DNA of 41,459 nucleotides from contig MEYC01000077.1 of the NCBI GenBank assembly GCA_001775715.1, forward strand, positions 1 to 41,459, written 5' to 3'. How positions within the stretch are numbered: the stretch's first letter is position 1; every line of letters begins with the position of its first letter. Made by a program: the position numbers and the translations under genes. The notes beneath the pieces are model-generated. The model had not been told where the DNA came from. It ran no database searches and saw only the letters and a program-made list of their open reading frames with translations. Of the stretch, positions 15,176 to 23,263 are shown one piece after another. The stretch comes from Candidatus Aminicenantes bacterium RBG_16_66_30 (lineage in GTDB: Bacteria > Acidobacteriota > Aminicenantia > Aminicenantales > Saccharicenantaceae).

Positions 15176-16306
15176 ATGAAGAATCTTGCCCGATGGATCA
15201 TCGGAGCGGCCCTCCCGGCCCTCTTTATCGTCGCCGCCTGCCGCGACAAGGCGCTCGTTGAACCCGGTCACCAAGCCGAAGGGGCTGGGCCCGCGACGGC
15301 GCCGAATTCGGTGACGCTGACTCCCGAGGGTGTCGTCACCGCGAACATCAAGGCCGAACCGGCCGCGATGCGTGTTCTCGCCCGGCGCGTAACGGCTGCA
15401 GGCGATCTCGAATTCAACGTCCGCCGCCTCGTCCATCTTACGGCCCGGACGCCGGGCCGGATCGAGCGCGTCCTCGTCGTCCCTGGAGACCGGGTCCGCG
15501 AAGGCCAGGTCCTGGCTGAGATCTATAGTCCGGACTATCTGACCCTCCAGGCCGAATATCTCCTGGCCGCCGAGCGGGCCAAAAGGCTAGCCGGAGACCC
15601 GGCTGAAGCGGGCCAGGCCCGAGCGCTGCTCGACAGCTCCCGTGAGCGCCTCCTCCTCGTGGGCGCATCTCCGGCCGAGGTCGAAGGGCTCGTAGCTTTG
15701 TCCCTGCCCCGGCCGCTCCTCTCCGTCCGGGCGACCCTGTCGGGGACGGTCATCGAAGCCGGCGTTCTGGCCGGCGACTGGGTCGATCTCGGGTCCAACC
15801 TTTTCCGGCTGGCCGACCTCACCACCCTCTGGGCGTGCCTTCATATCCAGGAAAAGGACCTGGCCTCCGTGAAGGCGGGGGCCGAGGCCGTGCTGAGGAC
15901 GCAAGCCTATCCCGGCGAGGATTTCCGCGGCCGGCTCGTCCTCGTCGGCGATGTCGTCGATGCCGGGACCCGGACGGTCGAGGGCCGGGTCGAGGTTCCC
16001 AATCCTCGAGGCCGGCTCAAGCCGGGAATGTACGTCGATGCATCGGTCGCGGCCGCCGGCGAAGGGGCCGTCCTCGCCGTGCCCGAATCCGCGCTTCAGG
16101 ATGACGAAGGCCATACCGTGGTCTTCGTCAAGACCGGGGAGCGGACGTTCACCCGGCGCGAGGTCAAGGCCGGCGAACGGTTCGCCGGGTACGTCGAGAT
16201 CCTCAGCGGCCTCACGGAAGGGGAGACCGTTGTCACTTCGGGAGGCTTCCTCCTGAAATCCGAGATGCGCAAGGGCGGGCTGGGAGACGAACATGGGCAT
16301 GATTGA
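15176..16306 (+). CDS. czcB: Efflux RND periplasmic adaptor (membrane fusion protein, CzcB/CusB-like)
   Basis: Lipoprotein-like N-terminus (FIVAAC). HlyD-type barrel-sandwich signatures (G.V.....V..GD.V..GQVLAEIYSPD; LKPGMYV). Confidence 0.85.
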   Translation: MKNLARWIIGAALPALFIVAACRDKALVEPGHQAEGAGPATAPNSVTLTPEGVVTANIKAEPAAMRVLARRVTAAGDLEFNVRRLVHLTARTPGRIERVLVVPGDRVREGQVLAEIYSPDYLTLQAEYLLAAERAKRLAGDPAEAGQARALLDSSRERLLLVGASPAEVEGLVALSLPRPLLSVRATLSGTVIEAGVLAGDWVDLGSNLFRLADLTTLWACLHIQEKDLASVKAGAEAVLRTQAYPGEDFRGRLVLVGDVVDAGTRTVEGRVEVPNPRGRLKPGMYVDASVAAAGEGAVLAVPESALQDDEGHTVVFVKTGERTFTRREVKAGERFAGYVEILSGLTEGETVVTSGGFLLKSEMRKGGLGDEHGHD

Positions 16307-19300
16307 CGGCATTATCGAGCGCTCGCTCCGCAAGAGGGCTTTCGTCGTCGTCGGCGTCCTCTTCCTTGTCGCCCTGGGCGTTTGGTCCGTCCTGAGCATC
16401 TCCATCGACGCCTTTCCCGACGTGACCAACGTCCAAGTCGAAGTCCTGTCCGCGGCCCCGGGCATGTCCCCTCCCGAGGTGGAGCGGTTCGTCACCTTTC
16501 CCGTCGAGATCGCCATGCGCGGCCTGCCCCGGCTCGCCCAGGTCCGGTCGATCTCGAAGTCGGGCCTGTCCGTGGTCACCGTCGTCTTCGAGGACGGGGT
16601 CGACATCTATTTCGCCCGGCAGCTCGTCCTCGAGCGGCTGATCGAGGCCAGGGAGCGCGTCCCCTCCGGAACGGAGATCGCGATGGGCCCCATTTCCACG
16701 GCCATGGGCGAGATCTATCAGTACACACTCGGCGGAGACCTGCCGGCCGGGATGAGTGAGATCGAACACCTGACCCAAGTCCGGACCGTCCAGGACTGGA
16801 TCCTGGCCCCCCTGCTCAAATCCATACCCGGCGTCAACGAGATCAACTCCTTCGGCGGGTACATCAAGCAGTACCACGTCATCGTGGATCCGGAGAAGCT
16901 CCTGGCTTATGACCTCACTCTCGGAGCTATCGGCGATGTGCTCCGCCGGAACAGCCTCAACGTCGGAGGCAATATTCTGGAGCGCGACGAACGGCAGTTC
17001 CTCGTCCGGGGGATCGGCCTGCTCCAGAACGTCGAGGATATCGGTTCCGTGGCCCTGAAGACGGAGGGGGGGGTGCCCGTGCTCCTGAGAGATGTTGCCG
17101 GGATCGAGGCCGGACAGGCCGTTCGTCAGGGCGGCGCGGTCAAGGACGGAACGGGCGAGGTCGTCGGCGCTGTGGTCATGATGCTCCGGGGCGCCAACGG
17201 GCGGGCGGTCGTCCGGGCCATCGAGCACAGGGTCGGTGAGATCAACGCTTCCGGCGTCCTCCCGCTCGGGCTTCGCATCGAGCCTTATTACAGGCGCTCG
17301 GACATCATCAACCGGGCCATCCACACCGTGACCGAGGCCCTGCTCATCGGGTCGGTCCTCGTCGTCATCGTCCTGGTCCTTTTCTTAAGGAGCTTCCGCG
17401 GCGCGTTCATCGTCGTCTTGGCCCTGCCGCTCTCGGTCCTGTTCACATTCGTCACGATGAAGGCCTTCGGGCTGTCGGCCAACCTCATGTCCCTCGGAGG
17501 CCTGGCCATCTCGATCGGCATGATCATCGACGCGACCATCATCCAGGTGGAAAACGTCCAGCGGCACCTCTCGGAGAAAGGGGTCGGAACCCATAAGCTA
17601 TCGACGGTCCTCAAGGCCATCCTCGAGGTCCGAAAACCGTCCATCTTCGGCGAGCTCATCATCGCCTTGACCTTCATCCCGATCATTGCGCTCCAGGGCA
17701 TCGAAGGCAAGATGTTCCTGCCCTTAGCCTTCACCCATGTCATCGCCCTAATCGCTTCGCTCTTGCTGTCGCTCTTTGCGATCCCGGCATTCTGCTACAT
17801 GGTCCTCAAGCCTCATCCGGAACGGAAGAGCTTCATCGTCGAGGGGGCGAAAAAGGCTTATCTGCCGCTCCTCCGCTGGGGGCTGAGACGCAAACCCTAT
17901 GTCGTTGCGGTTGCGATCATGCTCCTCGCAGGGACGGTGGCCCTCATTCCCAGGCTGGGGACGGAATTCATGCCCATTATGGACGAGGGCGCGCTCGACA
18001 CCGATATCCAGTTCCTGCCGGGCATCTCCCTCGATGAGTCCCTGGCCATGAGCCGGAAGGTCCAGGCCCGCCTCATGGAATTCCCCGAAGTCGTGACGAT
18101 CATCGGCAAGACAGGGCAGACCGGCATCGCTCTCGAGGCCCGGGGGGTCGAGAAGACCGGCTATGTCGGCGTGCTCAAGCCGAGGGAGGAGTGGACGTCG
18201 GCCCGGAACCGCGAGGAGCTCATCGACCTCATGCGGGAAGCGGTCGAGGGCTTCCCAGGGATGACCATCTCCTTTAGCCAGCCGATCGCCTGCCGCATCG
18301 ACGAGCTGGTGGCCGGCACGCGGGCCCAGCTCATCATCAAGCTCTTTGGGGAGGACCTGGACGTCCTCAAGAACAAGGCCGGGGAGATCGCCGCCATTCT
18401 CGGCGGAATCCGGGGCGCGACCGATATCAACGTCGAGAAGGTCGCGGGACAACCCTATATCACGGTCCGACCCGACCGAGGCCGGATCGCCCGCCTCGGC
18501 CTCAACGTCGAGGACGTTCAATCCATCGTGGAGGCGGCGGTCGGGGGGAAGACCGTGACCCAGATCTACGAGGGGGACAAATATTTCGACCTGCAGATCC
18601 GCTACCCGGGGCCGCGGCGAGATTCCCTGGAGGCGATCGGGGCCATCCTCGTCCGCACCCCGGGCGGCGCCCGCATCCCCCTGAGCCAGGTGGCGGACAT
18701 CGCCATGCTCGAGGGACCCAGCCAGATCAGCCGGGAGTCCGGCCAGCGCCGGATCGGGGTCGAGTGCAACATCACCAGCCGCGACCTGGGCGGTTTCGTC
18801 GCCGAGGCCCGCGGGGCGATAGCGCGCGACGTCGCGCTTCCCCCGGGATATTTTCTCGACTGGGGAGGACAGTTCGAAAGCCAACAGAGGGCCATGCAGC
18901 GGCTGGCGATCATCCTGCCGGCGACCATCGGTCTCATCCTGCTCCTTCTTTTCGTGACCTTCGGCTCGCTCCGGGTCTCGCTTCTGGTCATCCTCAACCT
19001 GCCCTTCGCCCTGATCGGCGGGGTCCTGGCGCTCTATATTTCGGGGCTCTATCTCTCTGTCCCGGCCTCGGTCGGCTTCATCGCGCTCTTCGGCATCGCC
19101 GTCCTCAACGGCATCGTCCTCCTCTCGTACATCGCCCAGCTCCAAGAGGAGGGGAGGACGGTGGGTGAGGCCATCATCCAGGGCTGCCTCAACCGCTTGC
19201 GCCCGGTGCTGATGACGGCCACGATCACGATCTTCAGCCTGGTGCCGCTCCTCTTCGCGCAGGGGCCGGGATCCGAAATCCAGCGGCCGCTGGCCGTCGT

Positions 19301-19412
19301 GGTCGTCGGCGGACTGGTCTCCTCGACACTCCTGACGCTCCTGGTGCTCCCGGTGCTGTACAGCTGGCTCGGCAGGGGGAAACACAGAAACGTGTCCGAG
19401 ATCTCGCGTTAA
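16293..19412 (+). CDS. czcA: CusA/CzcA-family heavy-metal efflux RND transporter
   Basis: 1039 aa. IIERSLRKRAFVVVGVLFL...IDAFPDVTNVQVEV is the canonical HME-RND N-terminus. It has 12-TM topology with two large periplasmic loops. Overlaps the adaptor gene by 14 nt. Confidence 0.95.
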   Translation: MGMIDGIIERSLRKRAFVVVGVLFLVALGVWSVLSISIDAFPDVTNVQVEVLSAAPGMSPPEVERFVTFPVEIAMRGLPRLAQVRSISKSGLSVVTVVFEDGVDIYFARQLVLERLIEARERVPSGTEIAMGPISTAMGEIYQYTLGGDLPAGMSEIEHLTQVRTVQDWILAPLLKSIPGVNEINSFGGYIKQYHVIVDPEKLLAYDLTLGAIGDVLRRNSLNVGGNILERDERQFLVRGIGLLQNVEDIGSVALKTEGGVPVLLRDVAGIEAGQAVRQGGAVKDGTGEVVGAVVMMLRGANGRAVVRAIEHRVGEINASGVLPLGLRIEPYYRRSDIINRAIHTVTEALLIGSVLVVIVLVLFLRSFRGAFIVVLALPLSVLFTFVTMKAFGLSANLMSLGGLAISIGMIIDATIIQVENVQRHLSEKGVGTHKLSTVLKAILEVRKPSIFGELIIALTFIPIIALQGIEGKMFLPLAFTHVIALIASLLLSLFAIPAFCYMVLKPHPERKSFIVEGAKKAYLPLLRWGLRRKPYVVAVAIMLLAGTVALIPRLGTEFMPIMDEGALDTDIQFLPGISLDESLAMSRKVQARLMEFPEVVTIIGKTGQTGIALEARGVEKTGYVGVLKPREEWTSARNREELIDLMREAVEGFPGMTISFSQPIACRIDELVAGTRAQLIIKLFGEDLDVLKNKAGEIAAILGGIRGATDINVEKVAGQPYITVRPDRGRIARLGLNVEDVQSIVEAAVGGKTVTQIYEGDKYFDLQIRYPGPRRDSLEAIGAILVRTPGGARIPLSQVADIAMLEGPSQISRESGQRRIGVECNITSRDLGGFVAEARGAIARDVALPPGYFLDWGGQFESQQRAMQRLAIILPATIGLILLLLFVTFGSLRVSLLVILNLPFALIGGVLALYISGLYLSVPASVGFIALFGIAVLNGIVLLSYIAQLQEEGRTVGEAIIQGCLNRLRPVLMTATITIFSLVPLLFAQGPGSEIQRPLAVVVVGGLVSSTLLTLLVLPVLYSWLGRGKHRNVSEISR

Positions 19413-19610
19413 GGCGCCGGAAAGACGGGCGAGGCCGCGGGAGAAGGGATTGAGGGGTATCGCGAAGTGAGCATAAAGCGGTGAATTAGCCGGCATCGGG
19501 ACGGAGACCTAAGAACGGGCTCCGGACTGGGACGGCGTGAAGATTCACCGCAGCGAACGGAGACGATCCCCGAGATCCCTCGGTGGCCGAGTCTCCCATA
19601 CCCGCGCGTT

Positions 19611-19640
19611 TTGACTTCTCGCGAGCCGCTATGCTATAAG
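19611..19640 (+). promoter_or_regulatory. Sigma70-type promoter (TTGACT-18-TATAAG) 8 nt upstream of the permease ATG
   Basis: TTGACT at 19611-19616 and TATAAG at 19635-19640. ATG at 19649 with no Shine-Dalgarno sequence, implying a leaderless transcript. Confidence 0.45.
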
Positions 19641-19648
19641 TCGGCTCC

Positions 19649-21100
19649 ATGAAGAGCGTCCTGTTCGCCACGAAGAGCCTCGAAGAGCTCACCCGCGAGG
19701 CCTCGTCCGACGCTTCGGGTCTCAAGCGGGTCCTCGGCCCCTGGCACCTCATCTTCCTCGGCGTCGGGGCCATCGTCGGGGCCGGCATCTTCGTCATCAC
19801 CGGCCACGCCGCGGCCCAATACGCCGGTCCGGCCGTCACGATCTCGTTCATGCTGGCCGGGCTGACCTGCGCTTTCGCCGGCCTTTGCTACGCCGAGTTC
19901 GCCTCGCTCATCCCCATCGCCGGGAGCGCCTACACCTACGCGTACTCGACCCTGGGCGAGTTCTTCGCCTGGATCATCGGCTGGGACCTCATCCTGGAAT
20001 ACTCCCTCGGCGCGACCACGGTGGCCATCGGCTGGTCCGGCTATGTCGTCAACTTCCTCAAGGGGATCGGGATCGAGTTCCCCGCGGCCCTCGCCCAGGC
20101 GCCCTTCGCGTTCGATCCGCAGACGGGCGACTGGACGAGGACCGGCGCGGTGATCAACCTGCCCGCCGCCCTGGTCATCGCCCTGATCACCGTTATCCTC
20201 GTCCGGGGGATCAGGGAATCGGCCACCGTCAACTCGATCATCGTTTTTCTCAAGATCGGCATCATCCTCGTCTTCATCGGGGCCGGCCTGTTCTTCCTCA
20301 AGCCGGACCTGTGGAAGCCGTTCATCCCGCCGAACACGGGCCAGCCCGGCTTCTTCGGCCTGAGCGGCATCCTGCGCGGCGCCGGCATCATGTTCTTCGC
20401 CTATCTCGGCTTCGACGCCGTCTCGACCGCCGCCCAGGAGGCCCGCAATCCCAAGCGGGACATGCCCATCGGCATCCTCGGCTCGCTCTTCGCCTGCACG
20501 GCGATCTACATCGCCTTCTCGCTCGTGCTCACGGGCGTCGTGCATTACAGCCAGCTCAACGTCCCGGCGCCCGTGGCCGTGGCCATCGACGCCATGCGGC
20601 TCTTCTGGCTCTCGCCGCTGGTGAAGATCGCCGCCATCATCGGCCTGATGTCGGTCATGATGGTCCAGCTCATCGGCCAGCCGAGGATCTTCTACACCAT
20701 GGCCAAGGACGGCCTCCTGCCGCCCGTGGCGGCCAGGGTCCACCCCAAGTACGGCACCCCCCACGTCACGACCATCGGCACCGGTATCCTCGTCGCTGTC
20801 GCCGCCTCGCTCCTGCCCATGGGCATCGTCGGCGAGCTCGTCAGCATCGGGACGCTCTTCGCTTTCGCCATCGTCTGCGGCGGCGTCCTCGTCCTCCGCT
20901 ACACGCGGCCCGACATCCCCCGGCCTTTCAAGACCCCGCTCGTCCCGTTCGTCCCCGTCCTGGGCATCCTCTCCTGCCTCTACCTCATGCTCAACCTGCC
21001 CAAAGACACCTGGATCCGCCTGTTCGCCTGGATGGGGATCGGTCTCGTCATCTACTTCACCTACGGCATCCGGAAAAGCAAGCTGAGGAGACGGATATGA
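19649..21100 (+). CDS. APC-superfamily amino-acid permease (cationic amino-acid transporter-like)
   Basis: [28 protein letters not shown] and [25 protein letters not shown] are typical CAT/APC signatures. About 12-14 TM segments. Confidence 0.9.
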   Translation: MKSVLFATKSLEELTREASSDASGLKRVLGPWHLIFLGVGAIVGAGIFVITGHAAAQYAGPAVTISFMLAGLTCAFAGLCYAEFASLIPIAGSAYTYAYSTLGEFFAWIIGWDLILEYSLGATTVAIGWSGYVVNFLKGIGIEFPAALAQAPFAFDPQTGDWTRTGAVINLPAALVIALITVILVRGIRESATVNSIIVFLKIGIILVFIGAGLFFLKPDLWKPFIPPNTGQPGFFGLSGILRGAGIMFFAYLGFDAVSTAAQEARNPKRDMPIGILGSLFACTAIYIAFSLVLTGVVHYSQLNVPAPVAVAIDAMRLFWLSPLVKIAAIIGLMSVMMVQLIGQPRIFYTMAKDGLLPPVAARVHPKYGTPHVTTIGTGILVAVAASLLPMGIVGELVSIGTLFAFAIVCGGVLVLRYTRPDIPRPFKTPLVPFVPVLGILSCLYLMLNLPKDTWIRLFAWMGIGLVIYFTYGIRKSKLRRRI

Positions 21101-22554
21101 AGGAGCCCGCCGGCTTCAAGCGCGAGATGTCCCTCTTCGACGCCATGATGATCGTCATGGGGGCCATGATCGGCTCGGGCATCTTCATCGTCAGCGCCGA
21201 CATCGCCCGGACGGTCGGCTCGCCCGGCCTCCTGCTCATCGTCTGGCTCGTCACGGGCATCGTCACCGTGATCGGCGCCCTGAGCTACGGCGAGCTGGCC
21301 GGCATGATGCCCCACGCCGGAGGGCTCTACGTCTATCTCCGGGAGGCCTACAATCCGCTCATCGGATTCCTCTACGGCTGGACCACCTTCCTCGTCATCC
21401 AGACCGGGACCATCGCGGCGATCTGCGTCGCCTTCGCCAAGTTCACCGGTCTTCTCATCCCCTGGTTCAGCGAGAAGCACGTCCTGCTGACCGTCCTGGG
21501 ACTGAAGATCACGGCCGCCCAGCTCCTGGCCATCGCCTGCATCATCGTCCTGACCGCCCTCAACATGCGCGGGCTGCGCACGGGGAAGATGATCCAGGGC
21601 GTCTTCACGGTGACCAAGACGGTCGCGCTCGCCGGGCTCATCCTGCTCGGATTCATCGTCGGCGCCAACGCCGGGGCCATCAAAGCCAACCTGGCCAATT
21701 TCTGGAAGGCGAGCTGGACCCACATGGCCGACGGACGGATCGCCTCGGTCGAGCCGCTCTCCGGACTGATGATCCTGGCCGCGATCGGAGCGGCCATGGT
21801 CGGCTCGCTCTTCGCCTCGGACTCGTGGTATCAGGTCACCTATATCGCCGGCGAGGTCAAGAACCCCCGCCGGAACATCCCGCTGAGCCTCATCCTCGGC
21901 GTCGGGATCGTCATCTTCCTCTATTTCCTGGCCAACCTCGCCTATGTCGTCACTCTCCCCGTTCAGGGAGTTCCCGAAGCGGCCGACGTCATTGGGCGGG
22001 GCATCCAGTTCGCCCAGTTCGACCGGGTCGGGACGGCGGCCGCCGAGATGATCTTCGGGGCCCCGGCGGCGATCATCATGGCCGTGATGATCATGATCTC
22101 GACCTTCGGCTGCAGCAACGGGCAGATCCTGGCCGGGGCCCGGGTCTATTACGCCATGGCCCAGGACGGGCTGTTCTTCAAGGCCACGGGCAAGCTGAAC
22201 CGGAGGTCGGTCCCCGGGACGGCCCTCGTCGTCCAGGCCGTCTGGGCCAGCCTGCTCTGCCTGAGCGGGACCTACAGCGACCTGCTCGACTACGTGATCT
22301 TCGCCGTCCTCATCTTCTTCGTCCTGATCGTCTCGGGGATCTTCATCCTGAGAAAGAAGCGCCCGGATTGGGAGCGCCCCTACAAAGCCTGGGGCTATCC
22401 CGTCCTGCCCGCCCTCTATATCCTGGTCGCGGCGGCCATCGCCGTCGACCTGCTCATCGTCAAGACGAAGTACACCTTCCCGGGGCTGCTCATCGTGCTC
22501 GTGGGGATCCCGGTCTACTTCGTCCGCAAGGCGCTGGCGAAGCGCCCGGCCTGA
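21097..22554 (+). CDS. APC-superfamily amino-acid permease (LAT/SteT-like exchanger)
   Basis: Starts [33 protein letters not shown] at the ATG at 21097, overlapping the upstream stop as ATGA. The 404 aa upstream in the track ORF are out-of-frame read-through of the first permease. Confidence 0.9.
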   Translation: MKEPAGFKREMSLFDAMMIVMGAMIGSGIFIVSADIARTVGSPGLLLIVWLVTGIVTVIGALSYGELAGMMPHAGGLYVYLREAYNPLIGFLYGWTTFLVIQTGTIAAICVAFAKFTGLLIPWFSEKHVLLTVLGLKITAAQLLAIACIIVLTALNMRGLRTGKMIQGVFTVTKTVALAGLILLGFIVGANAGAIKANLANFWKASWTHMADGRIASVEPLSGLMILAAIGAAMVGSLFASDSWYQVTYIAGEVKNPRRNIPLSLILGVGIVIFLYFLANLAYVVTLPVQGVPEAADVIGRGIQFAQFDRVGTAAAEMIFGAPAAIIMAVMIMISTFGCSNGQILAGARVYYAMAQDGLFFKATGKLNRRSVPGTALVVQAVWASLLCLSGTYSDLLDYVIFAVLIFFVLIVSGIFILRKKRPDWERPYKAWGYPVLPALYILVAAAIAVDLLIVKTKYTFPGLLIVLVGIPVYFVRKALAKRPA

Positions 22555-22572
22555 CCGACGCCGGCGCGATCC

Positions 22573-22770
22573 TTACTTCGGCTTGTTCTTATCCGCTGCC
22601 AGGACCCCGGCCGCCATGTATTCCTTCGGCGAGAACTCCTGGACCCAGACCCTGATCGTCTCGAGCGGGGCGCCGATCGAATCATGGACGGCCGCCGTGA
22701 CCGCCGTGAGCAGGGCCTTCTTCTGTTCGTCCGTCCGCCCTTCGAGAAGGTGGATCTCAACGAGAGGCAT
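22573..22770 (-). CDS. 4-oxalocrotonate tautomerase-family enzyme
   Basis: 65 aa. MPLVEIHLLEGRT..EQKKALL..VT.AV is the canonical 4-OT fold sequence with catalytic Pro-1. AAGGAG Shine-Dalgarno sequence 6 nt upstream. Confidence 0.8.
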   Translation of the reverse strand: MPLVEIHLLEGRTDEQKKALLTAVTAAVHDSIGAPLETIRVWVQEFSPKEYMAAGVLAADKNKPK

Positions 22771-22805
22771 GAGGGGCTCCTTAAGAAAGATGGGGTCAAA
22801 CCTAC

Positions 22806-22835
22806 CTTTTACACTTCTCTCGCACGTCGCGTCAA
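22806..22835 (-). promoter_or_regulatory. Candidate promoter of the tautomerase gene (TTGACG-18-TAAAAG)
   Basis: On the minus strand, TTGACG lies at 22835-22830 and TAAAAG at 22811-22806. It is back-to-back with the STAS-gene promoter. Confidence 0.35.
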
Positions 22836-22839
22836 ATGA

Positions 22840-22868
22840 TTGACTTTACGGCGGGGTTTTGGTAAACA
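22840..22868 (+). promoter_or_regulatory. Candidate promoter of the STAS / partner-switching operon (TTGACT-17-TAAACA)
   Basis: TTGACT at 22840-22845 and TAAACA at 22863-22868, with an 18-nt leader to the ATG at 22887. Confidence 0.4.
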
Positions 22869-22886
22869 CTTAGCGGACAGGGACCC

Positions 22887-23228
22887 ATGGTCATCAAGAT
22901 CCGAGAGGCGGACAAGGTCGTCATCTTCGACGTCGAGGGAGAGATCCGCCGGTCCGATATCCCGCAGACGACCCTCCACAGCCTGGTCGAGGCCCAGCTC
23001 GACCGGGGCCGGCGGAAGGTCCTGGTCAACCTCCGCGGGGTGGATTTCATCGACAGCTTCGGCGTCGGCCAGATCCTGGCCAGCTACACCTCGACGCAGA
23101 ACCTGGGCGGCAAGTTCAAGCTTTGCGGGATATCCCAGAAGCTCCTCCTCATCTTCCAGATCACGATGCTGCACAAGGTCCTCGAGATCCACGAGGATTG
23201 CGACCGCGCCCTGGAGAGCTTTGGCTAA
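22887..23228 (+). CDS. STAS-domain anti-sigma-factor antagonist (RsbV/SpoIIAA-like)
   Basis: 113 aa. VVIFDVEGEI...LVNLRGVDFIDSFGVGQIL carries the conserved phosphorylatable Ser context (DFIDSxG). LKLCG-type strand (FKLCGIS). Confidence 0.85.
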   Translation: MVIKIREADKVVIFDVEGEIRRSDIPQTTLHSLVEAQLDRGRRKVLVNLRGVDFIDSFGVGQILASYTSTQNLGGKFKLCGISQKLLLIFQITMLHKVLEIHEDCDRALESFG

Positions 23229-23263
23229 GCGTTGCTCCGGGCGGGTCTGACGGGAGTGGCCGC

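Noticed and set aside
19413-19648. Possible amino-acid riboswitch (lysine or glycine type) in the 236-nt spacer upstream of the APC permease
   Set aside because: I could not find the conserved cores of the lysine, glycine or guanidine (ykkC) riboswitches. The best promoter (TTGACT-18-TATAAG) lies downstream of the structured segment and only 8 nt from the ATG, so the structure would not be in the permease leader.
19885-21096. 404-aa N-terminal extension of the second permease ORF (889-aa track ORF)
   Set aside because: The extension is an out-of-frame reading of the first permease gene and is Arg/Pro/His-rich. The genuine permease sequence begins at the ATG at 21097, which overlaps the upstream stop as ATGA.
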